Below are positions 1 to 9,910 of a stretch of 43,974 nucleotides of DNA, piece by piece. The position numbers and the translations under genes are program-made. The notes below the pieces were generated by a model that had not been told where the DNA came from, searched no databases, and saw only the letters and a program-made list of their open reading frames with translations. The DNA is from Nemertoderma westbladi. Lineage: Eukaryota; Animalia; Xenacoelomorpha. Numbering within the stretch: position 1 is the stretch's first letter; every line of letters begins with the position of its first letter. Location: the NCBI GenBank assembly GCA_032718475.1, contig JAUCBJ010000993.1:1-43974 (forward strand), in the 5' to 3' direction.

Positions 1-32
1 AGGAATGCATACGAAGTGAGTTGCGTCTAACA

Positions 33-2830
33 CTAATTTTTGTTTGAGGCAGGAGACAAATTATAATCTCCTGTCTCGATGCGTGTCTCTTCTAATAACA
101 CAATATCTTGGACCGGTCGGTCCAAGGTGTGTAAACCATTAGTTTTACACTTCTTTGGGTGCGGACACTTGCACCTAATTTTCACAGTGACTGTGCGCAC
201 TATATTTTGCGCGTCTGGGTGTATGTGCAAGATAACTCCCGTCTCCCAGTACTTTCTCTTGACAATTGGTTCGGTTATCAATACATAGTCTCCTCTTTGG
301 AGGCTCCGAACCGTTTTGTACCACTTTGTTCTGGTAGATATGGTGGGAAGATAGTATTCCCGCCAATATTCCCAGAATGTGTACGCCACAAATTGAGTCA
401 CTTTCCAGCTCTTACGACTATATAGGTCGGCACTAATGGGTTCTGATGCCGGCACAAGAAATGCTGGACTCTGCATTAGCAAATGATTCGGTGTTAATGC
501 AACACCGTCTGGCAACATAGCTATCGGCCTCGAGTTCAGTGTATGCTCGATTTCGATGAAAGCTGTGACCAGTTCGTCGTCGGTAAGTTGTTTGTTTACA
601 GGCAATGTCTTAGCAATAGCCTGCTTTATGGAACGAACCAAACGCTCCCAACTTCCTCCTCTCCAAGGACTTTCTGGAGTATTGAATCTCCACTCTACTC
701 TTTGCGGCAAAAGTGCTGCAGAAATTTCTTTATTCTGCGCTGCTCTGTGAGCCGCGTTCAACTCGCTATTCCCTCCGACAAAGTTTGTACCCTTATCAGA
801 GTAGAACACCTTTACTAGTCCTCTCCTGGCCATAAATCTCTTTAAGGCCAGGAGCAGAGATTTGGTCGACATGTCTGCCACACGCTCGATATGTATGGCT
901 CTACTAGCCATGCATGTCAGTAGCAGGCCCCATCGCTTGTGGGTCAGCCGTCCACTCTTTGCCTCAATCGGACCAAAACAATCCACCCCTGTATTCGTAA
1001 AGGGTGGGTCATATGCCTGCACTCTCGCTTCCGGGAGTTCAGCCATCTCCTGTTCCAATACTCTGGCGTTCACCCTCTTGCAAACCAGACAGGCGTCGTA
1101 CATAGTGCCTACTGCCCTGCTTGGCTGCAATAGAATGAATCGCTGTCTCGCTGCCGACAAACAGTGTAACTTTCCCGCGTGATGCAACCTCTTGTGTATA
1201 TCCCATAGAATCGCTCTTTGCAATTCTATTGGGTGACTAGGGATTATCACTGGGAACCTGAACTGTGAGTTTATGTCGACAGTCTGGATTCTCGATCTAT
1301 GACAAATTAAACCCTTATGGATTAATGGACTCCATTTTCTAAGGGGTTTATAGAGAACTGGTCGTTGAGCCGATAATAGATGAGAATTCTTTGGGAAGGC
1401 ACACATTTGATAATGTTTCAAATGCTTTAATTCCGCTTGATCAATCTCATCCTCTGTCAGAGGTTGTTTCAATTTCTGAATTCGCTCACTATTAGCGCTC
1501 ATTTGTTCTCCCAAATGTTTCGAATGTTTTAAACAAAGGTACGAAATGTATCGGCTTAACCACGCAGTTCTTTTACAAATTGTCAGCCAAGAGGCAGACG
1601 AATTTAGTAATTTGTCATAAATACTACATGGCTCTAATGCCAGCGACGGTTGTCCGCTAATTAATGGAAGTTTCGAATCCAAACCCGCAGGTTTGGAAAC
1701 CAAAGGCTCCATTGTGTCGGTCATTTTCTGTCCGTCACTTACCAACTGTGACCCTCGGGTAGTCTGTAAGGGTGGTTTTATGTCATAACTTACCCTTCCT
1801 GACCTAGTAGTCACGTAAGTCTGTTGGTCTGACAGGTCTCCGGGCCGCTCCAATGACTCTTCAGGCCGCTCCAATGACTCTTCAGGCCGCTCCAATGACT
1901 TGAGTTTGGCTTTAGACTTTGACTTAGAGACTTTCTCCACCTTGACTTCTGCATCTTCTGGCATCGGATTGGTCACTATCTTCAGTCGCTCTGGCCAATG
2001 TTCCTGTGTCCTCGTTAGAAAATCAGGTCCATGCAACCAAAACTCCTGCGACTCTTCCTGACAGAATTCCGCCGGCATTGCACCTCTCGAAGTTATGTCG
2101 GCTGGGTTTAACACTCCCGGACAATGTCTCCATTGTTCCTTCGTCGAAAAATCGACGATCTGAGCGCGTCTGTTGGCCACAAATGTCTTTAGTGCAATAT
2201 TGTCGGCCGCAATGTATACTAACACTAAGGATGCGTCCGTCCAATAAAATAAGGTCAACGTCGTGTCTAACTCCTCTATTATCTGCTTACTTACCTCAAC
2301 TGAAACTACTGCCGCCTGTAACTCTGCACGAGGGACAGTCATGTATTTGACCGGCATTGTCTTTGATCTAGAAGTCACAAAAGCCGTCTCAAACTTGTCC
2401 TGACTTACCTCTCGGCGAAGGTAGGCTACCATACCAAAGCCGGTGTCACTTGCGTCACTAAATAGGTGGAGTTCGAGATCAGCTGGAAATACCAGCTGAT
2501 TCGGAAAGTAGGAACGGGGTACATCTATGTTTTTCAATAGATGCAACTCGGCTTCCCACTCTCTCCACTGCTTTGCATGTATAGGAGATATTGGTTCGTC
2601 CCACTCTAGGTCGGACAACCAAATTTTCCTCATGCACGCTCGTGCCTGTAATATTACCGGACTGATAAAGTTCATCGGGTCAAATAGTCTACTTAATGTC
2701 GATAAGCAAATTCTCTTTGTCAAAACTTTGTCTGGACTACTGGGCTCAAATCTAACTCTTACCTGGAACTTTCTGTTGGTTCCAAGCGAGTCCCAGTACT
2801 CGCGCCATGGGGATGGGTTCTACCCCCAAT
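33..2830 (-). CDS. pol: BEL/Pao Pol C-terminal part: RT connection, RNase H, integrase (HHCC + DDE) and C-terminal domain
   Basis: ORF 33..2723: LHLFSDASDTGFG (RNase H), H..LHH...C..C zinc finger, GVDCFGP / YSDKGTNF / WERL catalytic triad. Joined to the RT ORF through two frameshifts near 2855 and 2770; the intervening frame reads ELGVEPIPMARVLGLAWNQ. Confidence 0.92.
1843..1900 (-). repeat. 21-bp tandem repeat, ~2.8 copies, in frame (LERPEES) in the RNase H-integrase linker
   Basis: ggccgctccaatgactcttca starts at 1843, 1864 and 1885. Confidence 0.9.
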
Positions 2831-4423
2831 TCAATGTCTCCGCTCCCGCGATCCTTTCACCGGGAACGATTCTAATAGGGCCTCCGAATTAGTGGTGAAC
2901 TTGGTCAGAGGAAATCCCCCTGTAGCCAAGCACTTCTGCAGGCCGTGAGCCACTTCTATGGCTTGTTCCGCTGTGTCCTTGGACACCAATCCGTCGTCCA
3001 TATAGAAGTTTCTCAATATAGACTCGATAACCTCTACTGGATACTTACCAATCTGGGCTGTTGCCGTTTTCTTTAGAACAAACAGCGTGCCGTTTAGACT
3101 ATCGCGGGCACCAAATATCCTAACGTACATTTGGTATGTAACCACTGGGCCGGATAAGTCTTCATTCTCAAACCAGAGAAATCGAAGGCTATCCTGGTCT
3201 GCCTTACAGGCTCTTACCTGGTGGAACATCGCCTCGATGTCACAAGTAAATGCGAATCGCCGCTGTCTAAAACGCAACAGTATTCCTATCAAATAATTGT
3301 TCAGGTTGGGTCCGTCCATCAACTCTGAATTCAGGGACATACCTCTGTAGACTGCTGCGCAGTCGTTGACTACTCGGACTTTGTCAGGCTTGTCAGGGTG
3401 AGTCACATAGTGGTGTGGGAGGTAATAAGTCTGGTCTGTCACTAAGTCAGGGTCCTCTACCTTCCCAGCAAATCCCTTGGCGAAATAGTTGTTGATCTGA
3501 GCGCAATACTTCTCCCTAATGTCCGGATTCTTCAACAACCGAGCCTTACTCCATTCAATCTTTTCAAGGCTAAGTGTTAGTTGTTCTCCAACTTTAGGAG
3601 GTTGTCGACGCCACAACATTCCAACTTCAAAATGTCCCGTCGGTAGCAGACGTATGGTGTCTTCCATCATCTCTAGCGACCGTTTCTCATCAGCAGACAT
3701 GGCTAGGTCATATCCACCGGGTTCCATTGCGTCCCTATCCAGCCATTCGACGGTTCTGGCTCCTGTCTCGAGGTCCTGGCGTATCAATTCCTTCTGCAAT
3801 TCCTCCTCACTGTATTGGAAAATGTCTAGGTCTCGATATTTAGCCACCTGACCCTCCACTATGTCGGTATAAGTCAAAACGTTACTCAAATAGGTAGCGT
3901 GGGCCGCTGAACCAGACCCATGGGTCTGATAACAGTAGTCCTCGGGTTCACTATCTGTCCGGTCGTTATGAAGTGGTTCTGACAACCTAACATTATCGGG
4001 AATCAACTCCTCGTCCGACTCGCTAACGTCACTATAATGGTCAATACAGGTTCTCCTAAACTCGTCTATGTCTGGTGGTTCTAGTAACGGTGGTTCAGTT
4101 ATAGGCTGTAATCCGTCGTATCTATCTATTGGCTTGTCGCCACCTGTAAACTCATAAGACATGGGTACTCGTGTATACCAACCTAATATAGTCCTATGGG
4201 CATGTGGTCCATTTACATGCGGCTCAGCTGGTCTCGTTTCCCATATCTGGTGTGCGATCAGCTGTTCTGCACCAATCAACATAGAAACATTCCTATAACC
4301 TACCTGGTGTCTCGGTACTCTGAGTTTGTCAAAATACTCCTGTGCTATGGGACTCATCGGCGGCACCTTACCTAACTGCCTGCTGAACCCCTTCATAGCT
4401 AGACACTTAAATCCGTCCAATGG
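2831..4423 (-). CDS. pol: BEL/Pao Pol: C-terminal half of the aspartic protease plus reverse transcriptase (putative 3' exon)
   Basis: VSMLIGAE and HRTILGW (second half of the BEL protease), then YYLPHH, KVRVVNDCAA, SLNSELMDGP, CDIEAMFHQ, IFGA and NFYMDD (RT). The ORF has no ATG ahead of these protease residues. Confidence 0.9.
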   Translation of the reverse strand, partial: PLDGFKCLAMKGFSRQLGKVPPMSPIAQEYFDKLRVPRHQVGYRNVSMLIGAEQLIAHQIWETRPAEPHVNGPHAHRTILGWYTRVPMSYEFTGGDKPIDRYDGLQPITEPPLLEPPDIDEFRRTCIDHYSDVSESDEELIPDNVRLSEPLHNDRTDSEPEDYCYQTHGSGSAAHATYLSNVLTYTDIVEGQVAKYRDLDIFQYSEEELQKELIRQDLETGARTVEWLDRDAMEPGGYDLAMSADEKRSLEMMEDTIRLLPTGHFEVGMLWRRQPPKVGEQLTLSLEKIEWSKARLLKNPDIREKYCAQINNYFAKGFAGKVEDPDLVTDQTYYLPHHYVTHPDKPDKVRVVNDCAAVYRGMSLNSELMDGPNLNNYLIGILLRFRQRRFAFTCDIEAMFHQVRACKADQDSLRFLWFENEDLSGPVVTYQMYVRIFGARDSLNGTLFVLKKTATAQIGKYPVEVIESILRNFYMDDGLVSKDTAEQAIEVAHGLQKCLATGGFPLTKFTTNSEALLESFPVKGSRERRH

Positions 4424-5624
4424 CAAAGCTCTCTGTTCTTGTCGAGTCGCTTGTGTCCTTCTGGGCTCCTCCCCAAGGCGCACCCACGAGGCGGACACTG
4501 TCCCACCACCCCTGGGGCCAGTCTGACTGATGTTATTATCAGACCGGGCCGGAGGGTGGCCTGATGCTTCCCGGGTTCTGTTTTCGCTCCCCCGATCACA
4601 CCGGCACAGCTCTTCAGTGTAGCCAGATGGTCGGCTACTGTCAACTTACTGTGGCCTGACTGTACATTGAGCCAACTCAGAGAGTCAACCGGCGGGTGGA
4701 CCAGTCGATAGCGATCAAGCACCAAGGTCGCCCTTGGGCCTAAGCGACGGTCTTGTCCCAAGTGGGCTTGCGCTACCCAACATGGAATATTGACACGTTT
4801 TCACCCGCTCGCCGGCAGTATTGAGGGGAAGTAAGTTCCGCAAACAATACTGACTAGCTCGAAAGCTAGGAACAAGTAACCACTTACCAGTCGCTGTACA
4901 CGTGTACTCAACAGATGTTCACAATATCAAGTACACTACGGTAAACACAAAATCTGACACATACCATGCACACACAGATGACATAATCGGGAAAGACAAA
5001 AATCGAGGTCAAAATCGGAGGGGACAAATTGTATCGACCAACAACCAAATCGAGGGTACCTTATTTTGCCGTCAGGGCAAAATAACTTTGTGTGCACAAA
5101 GCATGCTGGGGCGCAGTAAAATATGGTCCTACTAATACCAGTGGCGACTGAGCCAACTGGCAAGGTTTCCCATACTCATTCGCAGTGGCCATACATACAA
5201 TCACGTGTACTCACATACCCACAGCAACAGAAAGCTCATCTCAGACCTAAACACACTCCAAAGACCAATCAACTGAGCATGGAGACAAAACATATAGTAT
5301 CAAAAAAACGGAACAGCTGACTGTCAATGGCACACATCCAAGCCCCAAAGCTAACTGCCACTGCTCGCCGACATACAAATCATAGTTCACACCACATGAA
5401 CCACAAATCACGCCATGCCACCACCCCTACTGTGTACAGGACTGGCAGTATGGCAACAGGCCGACTAGACGGTACCACGGCACCATGGCAATTCATGGTT
5501 CGCTAGACACGAGGGCCTTCAGTATCTCCCTTGCGCTTAGAGACAATTTAACGTGCCCCCAGACCCTCACGAGTCCGCCGCCGCCTGCTATAGGCACCCC
5601 TATAGAGACCTCACCTCTTTAGGT
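4424..5624 (-). ncRNA. Putative group I self-splicing intron (subgroup ID-like core) interrupting the retrotransposon protease
   Basis: Minus strand: P3 GCGGGUG (4808-4802) / CACCCGC (4698-4692). P4 ACG(U)GUC / GACCGU. P5 UUCCA/UGGGA. P6 with a CCAAGG-GCGA-CCUUGG tip. P7 U(C)GACUG (4708-4702) / CAGUCA (4662-4657). P8 GGUUGACUC-UCU-GAGUUGGCU. J8/7 CAAUGUA. P1 exon GCAU / IGS GUGC (5597-5594) with a U-G pair. Core is well supported; the 3' splice site (G4424, alternative G4466) is less certain. Confidence 0.85.
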
Positions 5625-7538
5625 ATGCTGGTCTCTCGGAAGTAGGGAGTCTAGTTCTACCGAAATCCTGTGTCCCTTGAGGTCCCCTACCCCGTGCATA
5701 GACTTCAACTCTATTTGTATTTCCTCTGCGTCCTGGAAGCTAGAAACGGCTCTCGCCACTTCCTCGTCGATATACGATAATGTGGACGCAGTGTCCAACA
5801 TCACATATATTCGCTTAGATCCCTTATCGCCAGTAAGTTTCACCGGAATCACGCTAAATATTTCCGATGTGGCCGATGATAAATACGTCCGCGCGCTGGT
5901 CGATGAACTATCCGCGGTGAAACCTTGGCAGGTCACCTCTCTCGCGCTCGACTCGCCATCCTCGTCCGACGAACCTGGTTGATAACCATCGTCCTGAATG
6001 CCGGTATACGTATTTCTTCTTATCGATACGGGTTCTCTGCTCCCCTTCCTTTGAGGATTTCTCTGTAAGTAACGGTCCGTTGGGGTGTGGAAATCCGCAT
6101 GTAGCAACTTGTGATGTAGTCTGCCGCATTCCATGCATCCGTCCTTGCTGTCCGGGCACTGCCGCCGTACATGACCTGGCGCAAGACATGCCCAACAGGT
6201 ATCCAACGTCCGCACTTGAACTTTTCTCTGTTCCGAATTTAATTCTTTGAACCGTCTGCAACTATCTAACTTATGGTCGTCAGATCTTACCTCCTTTAGT
6301 AAGCAGAATTGGCAACCTACAAATTGATCCGGCAACTCCTGTTGCTTTAACATAGGTCTATCTAACTGCTCACCTGACCATACTCGCGAGTCTGATCTAA
6401 AGGCTGGGGTACTCGAATTATATCTGTCTACTGAGTTAAATGTCACAGTGGTCCTGTCATCGTCAAAACTTACCATAGACTTACCGGTAACAGGTTTAGA
6501 CTCCCTCATATTATCCTCTGAGAAGTTTGATTTCATCTCTGCTACTGCGTCTGTGGCTATCATGTCATGGATATGCTGAAGTGTCAACACCTTCCCTTGA
6601 CCTTCCAACTTATTCTCTAATTTGCGCCATTTCTCGCGCATGTTTAAGCGTCTAATTACGCTCTTCAAAACTTCGGCGTGATCACCATGATGAGGTAGAT
6701 TCACTGTCCTCAAGATGTCTAATGCGTTTGAAATAGCGTTCGCTAAGTTCAACAGCTCTAACGGAGTTGTAATCCTTCCGCCCTTACCCAAGTCTTCCAC
6801 TATCAACTGTGCCATCTTGGTTTTATTCCCGTAGATGTCGCTAAGCGTCTTCATTGCCAACTCGAATGCTCTTTCATTGCCAACGAAGTTGTCAGCAATG
6901 GCTCTAGGTTCTCGATGGAGCATTTGAAGCAAATAGTTGAACTTCTTGTTGGGAGTAAAGGTGCTGTTGGTTAGCTGTTCGTCGACATAGGTTTTGAAAG
7001 TCCTCCAATGCTTATGGTTGCCCATAAACTTCTGGGGTTGTTGCGTCGGCAATCCTTGCCTAGCAGCAAACTTACCTATGTCCCTAAGGGTTGCGTCGTT
7101 CCAGGTTAACAAATGGTTTAGTTCTGCAGGGTTGTTAAGTCTGGTCCTTTCCCGGGGATTAAAACTTACCTGCTCCACGTCCGTCCTTCTTTCCTTATAG
7201 TTTCGGGACTTCTGACGTCTCATGTCTTCCTCTTCATCGCTTGATTCTGTGTCTGTCCTTAGCGCTCGCTTTGGTTTGCGCGCCGAGGCCCTGACCCAAG
7301 CCTCCTGTATAAATTTTTCGGCCGAGTTTTCGAAATCGGGATTATGAATCGTAGGGACAGGCATTCTTACCTGAGATCTATGTGGTATAGTGGCCTCCGA
7401 TATGCGTACTCGTTGACTAGGTTGGACTTTATCTAACTCAGGCCTGCTAGGATTAGAATTACTTCTTACCTGGGCTGCTTCCTTTAACCGTAGGTTACTA
7501 AGCATGTCCGTTATAGGTTGGATGTGCGGCAATATCAC
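5625..7538 (-). CDS. gag: BEL/Pao Gag plus N-terminal half of the aspartic protease (putative 5' exon)
   Basis: KFMGNHKHWRTF...KFNYLLQML capsid-like region; three Cys/His knuckles (CQFC..H..C, CWAC..GH...C, CMECGRLHHKLLH); IYVMLDTASTLSYI catalytic motif. The unspliced frame stops at TAA 5621-5619. Confidence 0.92.
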
Positions 7539-9499
7539 TTACACTTACACTAGCACTTAACTCATCCCTTGTAATAAATTCCTGGCTAGGGTTCTGTTGT
7601 ATAGTCAGCTCTATCTGAGTAATCCGCTGTCTCTCATATGATCCCTATTCCGGTTTAACCCGGAAGTTCTCCATCGAACTGGGTCGGCGCTCCGTCCGCG
7701 TATTCCAAACCCGCGGGTTCGGTTCGCCCAATACTCGACCCGTCGGAGTTTCTCCTCTAAACTCTTCGTTGTCGCGTTCAGTGTGTAGTGGTGCAGTGCG
7801 ATGATGACGTGGATCTTGCGCAATGGGTGAAGCACTAATACCAACTGGTGTGCGATATGTAGAGAACGGTTTAGCGATCAGAGTACTCGTAATAGCTGGA
7901 ACGGGTATAGGAATTCTGGTCGTCTTCGACTCGCGTATGGTCGGAGTTCTCGCTTCCTGTTCGGCCTTCTGCAGTGCGAACAGTTCTCGCAACTCAGTAC
8001 CTATACTCGCCCCACATTCTTTGATCATTCGCATCCCCTTCTCGGCGATTTCATTCACCTTCCTAGTCCGTTCCTTGCTCTCTAGGTTTAATCTCGCACT
8101 TTCCAACTGCGCCAGTTTACGTTCTTCTTCTTCCACGCGCGCCTTTTCCTCATACAACGCCTGTCGCTCCTTCTCGATCTCGAGTTCGCGTTCCTTGCGT
8201 TTGCGTTCAAGCTGTAGTTCGCGTTCCTTCTGTTCGCGTTCGAGTTGGAGTTCGCGTTCCTTCTGTTCGCGTTCAAGTTGGAGTTCGCGATTCCTTGCAT
8301 TCGCGTTCAAGTTGGAGTTCGCGTTCCTTGCGTTCGCGTTCTGCTTGTTCCCGCTTACCTTTATCTTCCAACTCTCGCAACTTCGCGTCTAACTTACGTG
8401 TGCGCTCCCGTTCCCGCTCGGCTTCTTTCCGTGCTTCCGATGCATGCAAAACTTCCGCCTGTTGTTCGTCCAGTCGGCGTCTTCTCTCCTCCGCCGAGTT
8501 GTGAGAAACAAGGGATCTAGCACATATAACTTTCCCTCGCGCGTGACTAACCTGGGAATCGCCACTGTCTCTAGATGCGTCATCGGGTGGAGTTAACGTC
8601 CTCTGTTGGATGTTCTCTGTCGTCGGTAGCACCTGGCCCGGTACCACCACTCCACTCTGCATCAACCAGCCGGTAACTTCCCGGTGATACCTGCGCTCCT
8701 CCTTATCTTGCGTCTCTTCTCGCTCCACTAAGTTTCTCGACTCTGCGTCACTCACCTGAGTCGCCTGCGCTTGTGATGCCCATAGCAGCCAGTTATCCAT
8801 CCTAACTCATCGAAATCGCTCCGATAACGCGCAGTGCTCCAACAAGGCTGCTAAAACCCTGTCGTAAACCCTCGTCGCCACGTCGCTCGACTGAGACTCT
8901 ACTGCTCTCTTTGCCAGGACTGCAAGCTCCTCCGTCTGCTTGAATAACGCTGAGTTGTATCCTCTTCTAATCTCTACTAACCCTTCCCTTCCGATGTTCG
9001 CTGAGTCGGCTAGCATCTTCCTTACCTTGTCCGCCGTCCGAGTTATATGTCCAGCATGCGCGCGAAGTTTCTTCTTTATCGCGATGTCTAGTTCTCTCTC
9101 ACTTACCTGACTCACACTTGGTGGACTTGAAGGATTATTTCGGGAACTACGGATACTCCTTACAGCCGCTGGGACCATGGCACTTACCATACCCACAGGC
9201 CTGGAAACCGGGCTCCGGGCTCTCGCTTCTGCTACACTACCCTCCCTATCACTCACCTCTGGCCGGGTTGCTGTACAATCCTTCCTTACAGTAGCGGTAG
9301 GGGGTCCTAATACTATTACCTCCGGTGGTTCTTCCTCACTAGTTACTGTCTCGTCCTCCTGTTCACTTACGTCAGCGTCACTCACTGCATCGTCATAGTC
9401 GGCATTGTCGTCAACAGTAATATTAACGCTATCGTCAGTCGGCGGTCCAGCCGCCGTCTCATAGCTGGCCTCTAGTGCCTCTTTCTCTGAGACACTCAT
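7539..9499 (-). pseudogene. N-terminal acidic/coiled-coil part of the BEL/Pao polyprotein, broken by stops and frameshifts
   Basis: ATG at 9499. In-frame TGA at 8809-8807 (ORF 8800 continues in the same frame), an extra base near 8290 inside a 33-bp repeat, TAG at 7647-7645, and a further frameshift near 7540-7500 into the Gag ORF. Confidence 0.75.
8170..8345 (-). repeat. 33-bp coding tandem repeat (ERELQLEREQK), about 4-5 copies
   Basis: Repeated gagttcgcgttccttctgttcgcgttcaagttg variants; encodes a charged coiled coil. Confidence 0.85.
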
Positions 9500-9886
9500 A
9501 GTCTAAATAGTATTTGCCTTCCGGCAAAATCTCGCAAAATATTCGAGATATATATAATTTAATCGAAATACACGATTAAATTATTTGTCAAATAATCAAT
9601 TTGTCCAAAATGTCAAATAAATTCGCAATGCAATATTGTGAATTTAATAGGATCTAATTATAGCAAATACCAATACAATATTTAAACAAAATATTGTTCT
9701 ATAGCTATTATGTAGTATTTAAATACCGGTATGACACAAACAATTTTTTGAATCTAATACAAAATATTCAAAATAAACTTGCCACCCAAATATTTCTAAT
9801 TTTAGATATATAACTCTAATCAACGCAATTTTAATTTCAAATACTATATGTATCCACTAGCGCGTGGCTACATCTTCGGGTTGCGA

Positions 9887-9910
9887 CTCTCTCTCTCTCT
9901 CTCTCTCTCT
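9887..9910. repeat. (CT)n microsatellite in the BEL 5' leader
   Basis: About 12 CT units. Confidence 0.9.

Noticed and set aside
4575-4650. Hammerhead-like core in the intron P9 region (CUGAAGA-GCU...AGC-GAAA, minus strand)
   Set aside because: Stem II and a stem I are possible, but there is no correctly spaced NUH cleavage triplet with stem III; such a partial match is plausible by chance.
4399-5320. Short ORFs inside the insert (120, 77, 75, 65 aa) as a homing endonuclease or maturase
   Set aside because: No recognisable nuclease motifs; they overlap the structured RNA.
4424-5615. Spliceosomal intron using the donor-like AG|GTGAGG near 5614
   Set aside because: The donor lies after the in-frame TAA and there is no polypyrimidine tract or good acceptor; the group I core explains the insert better.
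4424-5624. Insert as a nested solo LTR/MITE, a group II intron, or a ribosomal bypass/IRES element
   Set aside because: No TG..CA ends, terminal inverted repeats or target-site duplication, and no GUGYG start or domain V. An IRES would leave the protease split.
79-9398. Plus-strand ORFs antisense to the BEL element
   Set aside because: Shadow ORFs of the coding strand with no recognisable domains.
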